A stretch of DNA of 64,000 nucleotides from assembly GCA_903921205.1 (NCBI GenBank), contig CAIXPF010000095.1:2042-66041 (forward strand). The letters run 5' to 3'. A model generated the notes under the pieces. It did not search any database, was not told the DNA's origin, and worked only from the letters and a program-made list of their open reading frames with translations. Made by a program: the position numbers and the translations under genes. Source of the DNA: an uncultured Acidimicrobiia bacterium. Lineage in GTDB: Bacteria > Actinomycetota > Acidimicrobiia > Acidimicrobiales > CAIXPF01. Of this stretch, positions 30,712-39,956 are shown piece by piece (the first letter of the stretch is position 1; each line of letters begins with the position of its first letter).

Positions 30712-32511
30712 ATGAGCGCTTCTTCGTTCACCACCCGTCCGGAGCTGCTCGGCAGCCTCGGGATGGCGGCGAGCACCCACTGGCTGGCCACCGGCACCGC
30801 GATGTCGGTCCTCGAACGCGGCGGCAACGCCTTCGACGCCGCAGTGGCGGCGGCGCTGGTCCTGCACGTGGTCGAGCCCCACAACAACGGACCGGCCGGC
30901 GACGTGCCCATCCTGGTGCGCACCGGGCGAGAAGGCCCTGTCGAGGTGCTCTGCGGGCAGGGACCCGCTCCGGCCGGGGCCACCATCGCCCATTACCGCA
31001 GCGAAGGCCTCGACCTGATCCCGCGCAGCGGTCTGCTCGCCGCCGTGGTTCCCGGCGCCGTGCCGGCCTGGCTCACCCTGCTGCGTGACCACGGCAGCTG
31101 GTCGGTGGCCGACGTGGCGGCGCCCGCCATCGGCTACGCCCGGACCGGCTGGCCGGTGGCCACCGCGACGGCGACCGCGGTGAACGGCTCGCGCCTGCTC
31201 TTCGAACAGTTGTGGCCGACCTCGGCGGCGTACTGGCTGCCCGCGGGCCGGGCACCCCGGCCGACCGAGCGCTGGCAGAACCCTGCGCTGGCGGACACCT
31301 GGGACCGTCTGCTGGCGGCGACCGCGGGCGAGACCGGGCGCGAAGCGCAGATCGACCTGGTGCTGCGCTGCTGGCGGGAGGGCTTCGTGGCCGCCACGGT
31401 CGACCGCTTCGTCCGCAACCCGGTGGGTGACGGGGTCGGCCACACCCATGCCGGGGTGCTGCGCGCCGAGGACCTCGCCGCCTGGCAGCCGGCCTACGAG
31501 CCGTCGGTGTCGCACGACTACGCCGGCTGGACCGTGCACAAGTGCGGGCCCTGGTCGCAAGGACCGGTGCTGCTGCAGTCGCTGGCCCTGCTCGAGCAGC
31601 TCCCGATCGACGGGATCGACGTGCTCAGCGCCGACTTCGTGCACCTCGTCGCCGAGGTCATGAAGCTGACCTACGCCGACCGTGACACCTTCTACGGCGA
31701 CCCCACCCGGGTTGCGGTGCCGCTCGACGTGTTGCTGTCGGCGGCCTACAACCGGCAACGGGCCACCCTGGTCGACCTCACCCGCTCGAGCACCGAGTAC
31801 CGGCCCGGCGTGGTGGCCGGGTTCGGCCACCCGCTCGACTACGCCGCTGCGGTGGCCCGCCAGGACGTGGCGCGGGAATGGGCGAGGCGGGTCAGCGGCG
31901 AGGCGGCCGGATCGGGCCCGCCCCGGGGCGACACCTGTCATCTGGACGTGGCCGACCGCTGGGGCAACGTGGTCTCGGCCACCCCGAGCGGCGGCTGGCT
32001 GCAGTCCTCGCCCCACATCCCCGAACTCGGGTTCCCGCTGGGCAGCCGTGCCCAGATGTTCTGGCTCGACGAGGACCATCCGTCGGCGCTGGCCCCGGGA
32101 AAGCGCCCCCGGACCACCCTCACCCCCAGCCTGGCCACGGCCGATGAGGGCCGGACCGCCCTGGCCTTCGGCACCCCCGGCGGCGACGGGCAGGACCAGT
32201 GGCAGCTGCAGTTCTTCCTGCGGGTGGTGCACGGCGGGCTGAACCTGCAGCAGGCCATCGACGCGCCGGCATTCCGGTCCTCGCACTGGCCCGACAGCTT
32301 CTGGCCCCGCCAGGCGTACCCCAACCGGCTCCTGGTGGAGGGTCGCTTCGGGGCCGAGGTCCTCGGCGAGCTCACCGCTCGCGGCCACCGGGTGACCGAG
32401 GCCGACCCCTGGTCGGAGGGGAGCATCTCGGCGGTGCTCAGCCCGGCGGAGGGTTTCCTGCGCGCCGCGGCCAACCCCCGGGGCATGCAGGGCTACGCAG
32501 CCGGGCGCTGA
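30712..32511 (+). CDS. Gamma-glutamyltransferase family protein
   Basis: GGNAFDAAVA, VVEPH, GDTCH (nucleophile Thr), PGKRPRTTLTP, FGTPGGD.QDQ. Confidence 0.92.
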   Translation: MSASSFTTRPELLGSLGMAASTHWLATGTAMSVLERGGNAFDAAVAAALVLHVVEPHNNGPAGDVPILVRTGREGPVEVLCGQGPAPAGATIAHYRSEGLDLIPRSGLLAAVVPGAVPAWLTLLRDHGSWSVADVAAPAIGYARTGWPVATATATAVNGSRLLFEQLWPTSAAYWLPAGRAPRPTERWQNPALADTWDRLLAATAGETGREAQIDLVLRCWREGFVAATVDRFVRNPVGDGVGHTHAGVLRAEDLAAWQPAYEPSVSHDYAGWTVHKCGPWSQGPVLLQSLALLEQLPIDGIDVLSADFVHLVAEVMKLTYADRDTFYGDPTRVAVPLDVLLSAAYNRQRATLVDLTRSSTEYRPGVVAGFGHPLDYAAAVARQDVAREWARRVSGEAAGSGPPRGDTCHLDVADRWGNVVSATPSGGWLQSSPHIPELGFPLGSRAQMFWLDEDHPSALAPGKRPRTTLTPSLATADEGRTALAFGTPGGDGQDQWQLQFFLRVVHGGLNLQQAIDAPAFRSSHWPDSFWPRQAYPNRLLVEGRFGAEVLGELTARGHRVTEADPWSEGSISAVLSPAEGFLRAAANPRGMQGYAAGR

Positions 32512-32591
32512 GCGGGTTGACCGGGCCCCGCTGGGCGGAGCGGCCGGGTGGGCGCGGCCGCAACCGGAACGTGTCCCGGTAGCTTCGGGGC

Positions 32592-33389
32592 ATGCGGGTC
32601 TGGCGAACGGTCCTCCTCCTCGGTGTTGCCTCGATCGGGCTGAGTCTGCTCGGGGCCTGCGGCGGCAGCGATTCCGTCGGCGAGCCGCGTTCGCGGGCCG
32701 AGCAACTCGACGGGCGCACCTTCGTGGCCCAGCAGCTCAGCCAGGACGGCGCCTCGCTGCCGCTGGCCCCGGGTTCGACGATGACGGTCGGGTTCTCCGG
32801 CGGGAAGCTGACGGCCTCCGCCGGCTGCAACACGATGGGCGGGTCGTTCACCATCGAGGGCACCGCTCTGGTGGTGGGCACCCTGGCCATGACCGAGATG
32901 GCCTGCGCCGAGGCGATCATGGCTCAGGAGCAGTGGCTGAGCCATCTGCTGTCCTCGAAGCCGACGGTGGGGATCGAAGGGGTCTCGCTCACCCTCGCCG
33001 GTGAGGGCTCCACCGCCGTGCTGATCGATCGGGCCGTGGCCGAAGCGGCGCCCCCGATCCGGGGCACCACCTGGTTGCTCACCACCGTGATCACCGGTCA
33101 GACCGCGTCGACCCCGCCGACCGGGGTCGAGTCGACCCTGCTGATCGAAGGCGACCGCCTGACGATCCAGGGCGGCTGCAACCGTGGCGGGGCCACGGTG
33201 ACCATCACCGACGGCGTGTTGACCACCGGCCCGTTCATGATGACGAAGATGGCCTGCGAGCCCGCCGGCCAGGCGCTCGACCAGACCCTGCTCGACGTGT
33301 TCGGCGCCGCGCCGACCTCCCGGGTCGAGGGTCAGAACCTCTTCATCGACGCCGACACCACCAGCCTGGTCTACGTGGCGAGGAACTGA
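32592..33389 (+). CDS. Lipoprotein with two META domains
   Basis: Lipobox LGAC; two GCN...T.MAC repeats. Confidence 0.88.
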   Translation: MRVWRTVLLLGVASIGLSLLGACGGSDSVGEPRSRAEQLDGRTFVAQQLSQDGASLPLAPGSTMTVGFSGGKLTASAGCNTMGGSFTIEGTALVVGTLAMTEMACAEAIMAQEQWLSHLLSSKPTVGIEGVSLTLAGEGSTAVLIDRAVAEAAPPIRGTTWLLTTVITGQTASTPPTGVESTLLIEGDRLTIQGGCNRGGATVTITDGVLTTGPFMMTKMACEPAGQALDQTLLDVFGAAPTSRVEGQNLFIDADTTSLVYVARN

Positions 33390-33414
33390 CGGCCGGCGCC
33401 GGGTCCTGCGACGC

Positions 33415-34374
33415 TCAGCGCAACGAGATCACCGGCGTCAACGGCTGCTGCCCCGACAACACGGCGACGAGGTTGTCGCAGGCCAACTGCACCATCGCCG
33501 CCCGGGCCTCGTGGGTGGCCGAACCGAGGTGGGGTGCCAGCACCACGTTGTCGAGCTCGAGCAGACCGGGGTGGATCACCGGTTCGGCCTCGTACACGTC
33601 GAGCCCGGCCCCGGCGATGACACCGCCCTGCAGGGCCGCGACCAGGGCGGCCTCGTCCACCAACGGTCCGCGCGCCGTGTTGACCAGCAGGGCCGTGGGC
33701 TTCATCGTCGCCAGCGCCGCAGCGTCGATCACGTGGCGGGTCTCCGGGGTCGACGGGGCGTTGAGCACGATCACGTCGGAGCGCGTCAGCAACTCCTCGA
33801 GCGACACGTAGCCCGCCGTCGCCCCCGGAACCGGCCGGCGGTTGTGGTAGATCACGTCCATCTCGAAGCCGACGGCGCGACGGGCCACCGCCGAACCGAT
33901 CTTGCCCATGCCGAAGATGCCGAGGGTCTTGCCACCCAGGCCGGTGCCCAGCAGCTCTCCCGGCCGCCAACCCGACCAGCGGCCGGTCCGCGTCAGACGC
34001 TCGCCCTCGCCGATACGTCGCGCCGCGGCCAGCAGCAACGCCCAGGTGAGATCGGCGGTGGCGTCGGTGAGGACGTCGGGGGTGTTGGTGACCATCACCC
34101 CGCGTTCGACGCAGGCGGCGACATCGATGTTGTCGTAGCCGACCGCCATGTTGGCCACGATCCGCAGGTTCGGCGCGGCGTCGAGCAGGGCCGCATCGAC
34201 CCGTTCGGACAGCAGGCAGAACAGGCCGGCGGCGGGGGCGGCCAACTCGGTGAGCTCGTCCGCGGGGCATGCGGCGTCGACCTCGCGGTAACGCACCACG
34301 AAGCCGGCCTCCTCGAGCGGGGCGATGCCGGGCGAGGGGATCTGTCGGGTCACGGCTACCACGGGCACGCTCAC
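33415..34374 (-). CDS. D-2-hydroxyacid dehydrogenase (glyoxylate reductase / D-glycerate dehydrogenase)
   Basis: AVGYDNID, TNTPDVLTDATAD, GMGKIG, NTARG, PHLGSAT. Confidence 0.93.
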   Translation of the reverse strand: MSVPVVAVTRQIPSPGIAPLEEAGFVVRYREVDAACPADELTELAAPAAGLFCLLSERVDAALLDAAPNLRIVANMAVGYDNIDVAACVERGVMVTNTPDVLTDATADLTWALLLAAARRIGEGERLTRTGRWSGWRPGELLGTGLGGKTLGIFGMGKIGSAVARRAVGFEMDVIYHNRRPVPGATAGYVSLEELLTRSDVIVLNAPSTPETRHVIDAAALATMKPTALLVNTARGPLVDEAALVAALQGGVIAGAGLDVYEAEPVIHPGLLELDNVVLAPHLGSATHEARAAMVQLACDNLVAVLSGQQPLTPVISLR

Positions 34375-34399
34375 CGGCCAGAACCTAACCTGCTCGGCC

Positions 34400-35164
34400 A
34401 TGGAACTTCGCTTGGACGGCAAGGTGGCAGTGGTGACGGGCGCGTCGCGGGGAATCGGCAAGGGCATCGCCAAGGCCTACGCCGACGCGGGGGCGTCGGT
34501 GATGCTGGTGTCCCGCAAGCCCGAGGGTCTCGAGGCGGCCGCGGCGGACATCGGAGGCGACGTCGCCATCTTCCCCGCCCATGTCGGCCGGCCCGAGGAC
34601 GCAGCGGCATGCATGCAGGCCACCCTGGACCGATGGGGCGCCGTGGACGTGCTGGTCAACAACGCCGCCACCAACCCCTACGCCGGCCCGACCATCGACT
34701 GCGATCTTTCGCGCTGGGACAAGACCCACGAGGTCAACCTGCGCGGCCCCTTCGCCTGGACGCAGGCCGCCTGGCAGGCGTCGATGAAGGCCAACGGCGG
34801 CTGTGTGATCAACATCGCCTCGGCCGGTGGCTACGTCACCTCGAGCCAGCTCGGGGTGTACGGCATCTTCAAGGCTGCGATGATCCACATGACCAAGCAG
34901 CTCGCCTCGGAACTGGGCCCGAAGGTGCGGGTCAACTGCATCGCCCCGGGTCTGATCAAGACCGATTTCGCCAAGATCCTGTGGGAGGGCGAGCGGGGCC
35001 AGAAGGTCGCCGAGGTCTACCCGCTCAAGCGGCTCGGTGAGCCGGAGGACATCGGGGAGGCCGCGTTGTTCCTGACCGCGGGCGCCACCTGGATGACCGG
35101 CCACACCCTGCTGCTCGACGGCGGTGAGATCATCCGCCAGGCCGAGGTCGGCATCGACGACTGA
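34400..35164 (+). CDS. SDR family oxidoreductase
   Basis: TGASRGIG, NNAATNP, YGIFK. Confidence 0.9.
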   Translation: MELRLDGKVAVVTGASRGIGKGIAKAYADAGASVMLVSRKPEGLEAAAADIGGDVAIFPAHVGRPEDAAACMQATLDRWGAVDVLVNNAATNPYAGPTIDCDLSRWDKTHEVNLRGPFAWTQAAWQASMKANGGCVINIASAGGYVTSSQLGVYGIFKAAMIHMTKQLASELGPKVRVNCIAPGLIKTDFAKILWEGERGQKVAEVYPLKRLGEPEDIGEAALFLTAGATWMTGHTLLLDGGEIIRQAEVGIDD

Positions 35165-35243
35165 ACGGTCCGGACCGGACCCACCCGGACCGGACCCACC
35201 CGAACCCTCCCACACCCGAACCCCGCACCTCACGGAGACCGCC

Positions 35244-36035
35244 ATGGCCGAACGGACCGAGAACGGGCTGATCGTGGAGGTCCGCGACCATGTCGCGTAC
35301 GCCACGATCGACCGTCCCGAGCGCATGAACGCGTTGTCGCGCGGGCTGCAGAACGACCTCGTCGACGCCTTCGACGCGTTCTCCACCGACCGTGAGGTGT
35401 GGGCGGTGCTGCTGACCGCCACCGGCGAGCGGGCATTCTCCGCCGGGGCGGACCTCAAGGACATGGGTGCCGGCGATGCCCGCGGCCGGGGACCGGCGCA
35501 GCCGATGTTCGGGTCTCGACGCAACTTCTTCGAGGTGATCGCGGAGTGCGCCAAGCCGACGGTGGCAGCCCTGTTCGGGTGGGCGCTCGGTGGCGGCTGC
35601 GAGCTGGCGCTGGCCTGCGACGTGCGCATCGCCGCCGACGACCTACGCATCGGTATGCCCGAGGCCAAGCGGGGGCTCGGGGCCAACTTCGGCTCGGTGG
35701 TGCTGCCGCGCCTCATACCGGCCGGTATTGCCTACGAGCTGCTCTACACCGGCGAGCCCATCGACGCCGCCGCGGCCCGACACTGGGGCCTGGTGAACCG
35801 GGTGGTTCCCCGCGCCGGGCTCGCCGCCGAGGCGGAGTCCTTCGTGCGCACGATCGTGGGCAATGCCCCGCTCACCGTCCAGCGGTACAAGGCCATGAAC
35901 AGCAAGGGCCGCGAGCTCCCGCTCGCAGCGGCCCTGCGTCTGAACGTGGGCCCGAACCCGTACACCTCCGAGGACCGCAAGGAGGGCGTCGCAGCCTTCC
36001 TCGAGAAGCGTCCCCCGAACTGGCAGGCCCGCTGA
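35244..36035 (+). CDS. Enoyl-CoA hydratase/isomerase
   Basis: RPERMNA, AFSAGADL, ALGGGCELALACD, EG..AFLEKR.P. Confidence 0.92.
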   Translation: MAERTENGLIVEVRDHVAYATIDRPERMNALSRGLQNDLVDAFDAFSTDREVWAVLLTATGERAFSAGADLKDMGAGDARGRGPAQPMFGSRRNFFEVIAECAKPTVAALFGWALGGGCELALACDVRIAADDLRIGMPEAKRGLGANFGSVVLPRLIPAGIAYELLYTGEPIDAAAARHWGLVNRVVPRAGLAAEAESFVRTIVGNAPLTVQRYKAMNSKGRELPLAAALRLNVGPNPYTSEDRKEGVAAFLEKRPPNWQAR

Positions 36036-36040
36036 CGGCC

Positions 36041-37084
36041 TCAGGGACGAGGGGCGGCGGCCTTGCGCAACCGATCCCGAACCGCCCGGCCGAGCCCGTC
36101 GGGGTTGGGTAACAAGGCCACGACGTGCTCGACACCGGCGCGGTCGGCCTCGCGGAGACGGCGGTACAGCACGCGGGCGTACTCCTCGGTCGTGGCGACC
36201 GGACCGAGCACCACGGCGGCCGGATCGAGCTCGGTACGTCGGGCCGGGCCCGCTGACGGCAAGCCCAGCACGGCCACGCGCCGTCCGGTCGCCAGTGCCG
36301 CCGCCACGGCTGCCGCCAGCGCCGCCGGGTCGCCGGGCTCGACGAGCTCGACCGCTGCGCTGGGGGCATAGTGGGACGCGAGCATGCCCGAGGCCCGCGC
36401 CGGGCCGCTCGCCGACTGCAGGGCGCGGCCGAGGACGTCCTCGATGAACTCGGCGGGGATCCCACCCGGACGCAACAGGACCGGGTCGCCGCCGAGCACC
36501 TCGACGATGGTCGACTCGACGCCCACCCGGCAGGGGCCTCCGTCGAGCACCAGGCCCGGGCCCCCGCTCACGCCGGCGAACTCTGCGGTCACGTCGGTGG
36601 CAGTGGTCGGGCTCACCCGTCCGAAGCGGTTGGCGGACGGAGCGGCCAGTGGACGCCCCGTGCGTTCGAGCAGCGCGAGGGCCACGGGGTGGTCGGGTAC
36701 CCGCAACCCCACGGTGGGTTTGCCCCCGGTCGCGGCGGGCGACACCGTGTCCCGGCGCGGCACGACGATGGTCAGCGGTCCGGGCCAGAACGCCTCGGCC
36801 AGCCGCCGCGCCGCAGGTGACGGGTTCTCCGACCACCGATCGAGCTCCTCGGCGGCCGCGAGGTGGACGATGAGCGGATGGTCGGCGGGACGGCCCTTGG
36901 CCGCGAAGATCCGACCGAGCGCTGCAGCGTCGGTGGCGTCCGCACCGAGCCCGTAGACCGTCTCGGTGGGAAAGGCCACCAGCGCGCCGTGGCGCAGCAG
37001 CTCAGCGGCAGCGTCGATGGCTGCATCGTCGGCAGGTCGGACGATCAAGGCACGCGACGATACCGTCCGGCCGGAGGCCGACAC
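36041..37084 (-). CDS. tsaC: L-threonylcarbamoyladenylate synthase (Sua5 type); start uncertain
   Basis: VAFPTETVYGLGADA, KGRP.DHPLIVH, AAPSANRFG, SGML.SHYAP, Sua5 C-terminal domain. Confidence 0.92.
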   Translation of the reverse strand: MSASGRTVSSRALIVRPADDAAIDAAAELLRHGALVAFPTETVYGLGADATDAAALGRIFAAKGRPADHPLIVHLAAAEELDRWSENPSPAARRLAEAFWPGPLTIVVPRRDTVSPAATGGKPTVGLRVPDHPVALALLERTGRPLAAPSANRFGRVSPTTATDVTAEFAGVSGGPGLVLDGGPCRVGVESTIVEVLGGDPVLLRPGGIPAEFIEDVLGRALQSASGPARASGMLASHYAPSAAVELVEPGDPAALAAAVAAALATGRRVAVLGLPSAGPARRTELDPAAVVLGPVATTEEYARVLYRRLREADRAGVEHVVALLPNPDGLGRAVRDRLRKAAAPRP

Positions 37085-37168
37085 GCTGCCCGGTCGGTCG
37101 CGAGCGGAGACGCCGCAACCGGTCGGGCAGGGACCACCGGCACCCGCCCATCGCTGTGCAAGGCTTCG

Positions 37169-37230
37169 CCCGACCACCCGACCACCCGACCACCCGACCA
37201 CCGCACCCGCCCCGCCCCGCCCCGCCCCGC
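37169..37230. repeat. Short tandem repeats (CCCGACCA)x4 and (CCCGC)n
   Basis: Seen directly in the divergent intergenic region. Confidence 0.75.
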
Positions 37231-37272
37231 GATGCCGGGCGGTGGCCCCCCGAACCCGTGCAAGGATCTGCC

Positions 37273-37833
37273 ATGTCCCCGTCTGCCACACCATCGCCGT
37301 ACCCGTCGGACCCCTCGGGCATCGGCAAGGTCCACGGCCCCGACGGGGTCCGGTTCTGCCGGCGTTGCGGCGGGCAGCTCGAGGCCCGACTCGTCGGTGA
37401 CCGCATGCGCCCGGTGTGCCGTGGCTGCGGCACGGCCACGTACTTCAACCCGGCGGTCGGGGTGGCGGTGGTGCTGCGCGACACCGAGGGTCGGGTGCTG
37501 CTCGGCCGGCGTCGCGGCTCCTACGGCGGCCAGTGGTGCATCCCCTGCGGCTACGTCGAGTGGGAGGAGGACGTACGCGGCGCCGCGGCACGCGAGTTCC
37601 GCGAGGAGACCGGCCTCGACGTGGTCGTCGGCGACGTGGTCGCGGTGCACTCGAACTTCCACAACGCCGCGCAGCACACGGTGGGCATCTGGTTCGAGGG
37701 GACCGTCGTCGGCGGGACGCTCGAGGCGAACGACGACCTCGACGAGGTGGCCTTCTTCGACCCGGCGACGCCACCCGAACCGCTTGCTTTCGCCACCGAC
37801 GTCCTGGTGCTCGGCCAGCTCGCCCAGGGCTGA
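37273..37833 (+). CDS. NUDIX hydrolase with N-terminal zinc ribbon
   Basis: FCRRCG...CRGCG; Nudix box GYVEWEEDVRGAAAREFREETGL. Confidence 0.9.
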   Translation: MSPSATPSPYPSDPSGIGKVHGPDGVRFCRRCGGQLEARLVGDRMRPVCRGCGTATYFNPAVGVAVVLRDTEGRVLLGRRRGSYGGQWCIPCGYVEWEEDVRGAAAREFREETGLDVVVGDVVAVHSNFHNAAQHTVGIWFEGTVVGGTLEANDDLDEVAFFDPATPPEPLAFATDVLVLGQLAQG

Positions 37834-37934
37834 GAGTACCTCGGCGGCGCAGGGCCCGGCGGCCCGGCACCCGACCGGCACCCGACCGGCGCAGGGCCCG
37901 ACGAACCGGCCCGGTGCGCAGGATCAGGCCGCGA

Positions 37935-38153
37935 TCAACCGGCGCTGCGGACGGGAACCCGGGCGAACGGCGCGTGCCGTTGGGCGACCCGGGCCACGGT
38001 GGAGGCATGCCAGGACCCGCCGCGGGCGGAGGCCAGGCCGATGCGGTTCATCAACGACGCTATCCGGTGGTAGCTCATCCCGTTGTGACGGGCGACGACG
38101 ATGAAGGACACCACGTTGTCCGGCAGCCGCTCGCAGGTCGCACTCACACCCAT
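37935..38153 (-). CDS. Small stand-alone recombinase-domain (helix-turn-helix-like) protein
   Basis: GMSYHRIASLMNRIGLASARGGSWHASTVARV resembles the G.S...IA..LN..G..T.RG..W..STV..I pattern of serine recombinase DNA-binding domains. Confidence 0.6.
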   Translation of the reverse strand: MGVSATCERLPDNVVSFIVVARHNGMSYHRIASLMNRIGLASARGGSWHASTVARVAQRHAPFARVPVRSAG

Positions 38154-38302
38154 CGCTTCGGCCGTGGGACGCCCGGGCTGGAGCAGATTCACCAGAAGAC
38201 GGCACCAGGTCCCCCGACCTAGGTCATCGGTCCCGCTCCAGCATGGCGGAAACGGCCGTTCCGACCGGTGCAGGCGACGTCCTCGCTCGGCCGCCCGGTC
38301 GC

Positions 38303-39097
38303 TCAGCTGCCGGACCGGAGGAACGTCGAGCGGTAGCTCACGGTGAAGCCCAGCCGGTCGAACAGCTGCCTGGCCGCTCCCCCGTCGTCGGCCACGCAGA
38401 CATAGGCCGCTCGGGCGGCGTTGGCCGTCCCCCAGGTGGCCAGCGCCCCCACGATGCGCCGGGCGCTGCCCCGGTGACGACGCTCGGGGGCGACCCCCAG
38501 GCAGTACAGACCCATCCACGACCCGTCGATGTGGGCGAGACCGGTCGCCACCATCTCCCCGTCGACCAGGTGCGCCGCGAAACCGCAGCGGCCGCGCAGG
38601 TCCCAGATCAACTCGGCGGCGGCGTCCCGCTGCGATTCGTCGCGGTCGTCCAGCGTGGACCACCACCGGTCGATCCACGCCGGCGACGGCGAGGCGGCGA
38701 TGACCACCCGCCCGTCACGTTGGGGCGGCGCGACCGAACGCAACATCCGCAGGGGGCTGACCAGGGTGGCCTCGGTGCCGCTGCCCTCCGTGACGTAACC
38801 CCGCTCGGCCAGGGCCTTCGCCAACGCCGGGTTCGGCTGACGGTCGGTGAGCTCGAAGCGGGCCGGCAGCCGGCGGGCGGCGTAGAACGCCTCGGCCTGC
38901 TCGATCATCGCCCCGAGCTCCGACGTCACCGGCGATCCGAGCGCAGCGACGGCGTTGGCCCGAGGGGTGAAGCCCCCGCCGGCCCGCAACAGCCACGGAC
39001 CCAGTGGACTCGGCGGCGCTGCGGCCCAGGTGGCGGCCACCAAGGCCTCGATGCCGGCTTCGTCGGCGGGATCCTGGCGGGGCGGGGAGATCGTCAC
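38303..39097 (-). CDS. GNAT acetyltransferase; start uncertain
   Basis: WLLR..GGFT.RAN N-terminal segment; V.PERRHRGSAR acetyl-CoA motif; LFDRLGF. Confidence 0.82.
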   Translation of the reverse strand: MTISPPRQDPADEAGIEALVAATWAAAPPSPLGPWLLRAGGGFTPRANAVAALGSPVTSELGAMIEQAEAFYAARRLPARFELTDRQPNPALAKALAERGYVTEGSGTEATLVSPLRMLRSVAPPQRDGRVVIAASPSPAWIDRWWSTLDDRDESQRDAAAELIWDLRGRCGFAAHLVDGEMVATGLAHIDGSWMGLYCLGVAPERRHRGSARRIVGALATWGTANAARAAYVCVADDGGAARQLFDRLGFTVSYRSTFLRSGS

Positions 39098-39209
39098 CGC
39101 CAGAGCCAAGCCACCCGAGCCGTGCGGGTCAAGGATCCCCCGGCCCCACGCCGGATACTGCCCCGGGAGCATCACACCCCCTCCGACCTGCTCCGATTCG
39201 CTCGAACGA

Positions 39210-39237
39210 CGCAGCGAATCGACGTCGATTCGCTGCG
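39210..39237. repeat. 28-bp perfect palindrome
   Basis: CGCAGCGAATCGAC|GTCGATTCGCTGCG. Confidence 0.9.
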
Positions 39238-39399
39238 AGGCCCGGCGGATTCGTCGCCGATCGCGGCCAGGACGCCCCAAAGCGACACCCGGCGTGCGTC
39301 CGTCGCCACGCACCGCAACCACGCCATGCAGGCCCGCACGCCGACGACCGAGCCATCGCCGCCGTCCTGGCTGTCCTACCGGATGGGGATGATCCCTCC

Positions 39400-39831
39400 A
39401 TGACGTTGTCGCACCCCGCCGTCAGATCCGCCTACCAGCTCGACGCCCTGCGTCGTCTCGACCCCGGCATCCGGCGCCGCCACCTCGAGGTGCGGACCTG
39501 GGCACTGTCACAAGGCCTCGCCGTCGATCGTGCCTGCAGCGAGGGCCTCATCGTCGTGCTTGCGGTGCTGGCCGAGGCCGAAGCGGTCGTCGGCGTCGAC
39601 CATCGGGCCTGGTCCACGGCCCGCGTCGTCGACTTCGTCTGGCACGACGGTCCTCGGTGGTGCTTCCGCCAAGCCGTAGCCATCCCTGCCGGCACCGCCG
39701 ACGCCCTGCGCCTGCTGTGGGACCACCTGGCTGACACCGGCACCTTCGAACCCGGCAGCGACGAGCGGGCTGTGCTCGAGCGCACCCTCGCCGAGCACAC
39801 CGGGCCGCGGCGCGGGCGGCGCCGCCGCTGA
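39400..39831 (+). CDS. Hypothetical protein
   Basis: 143-aa ORF with coding-like composition filling the gap; no motif recognised. Confidence 0.6.
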   Translation: MTLSHPAVRSAYQLDALRRLDPGIRRRHLEVRTWALSQGLAVDRACSEGLIVVLAVLAEAEAVVGVDHRAWSTARVVDFVWHDGPRWCFRQAVAIPAGTADALRLLWDHLADTGTFEPGSDERAVLERTLAEHTGPRRGRRRR

Positions 39832-39956
39832 CGCGCCCCGCCCTACCGGATCGCAGCGAGCAGAAGTCCACCACGGCAGGCAGAATGGTACGGACCAGCA
39901 CCGCAGGTGCACACGGGGTGCCGACCGAGTACCCCGCTTCTCGAGTTGGGGGACCC

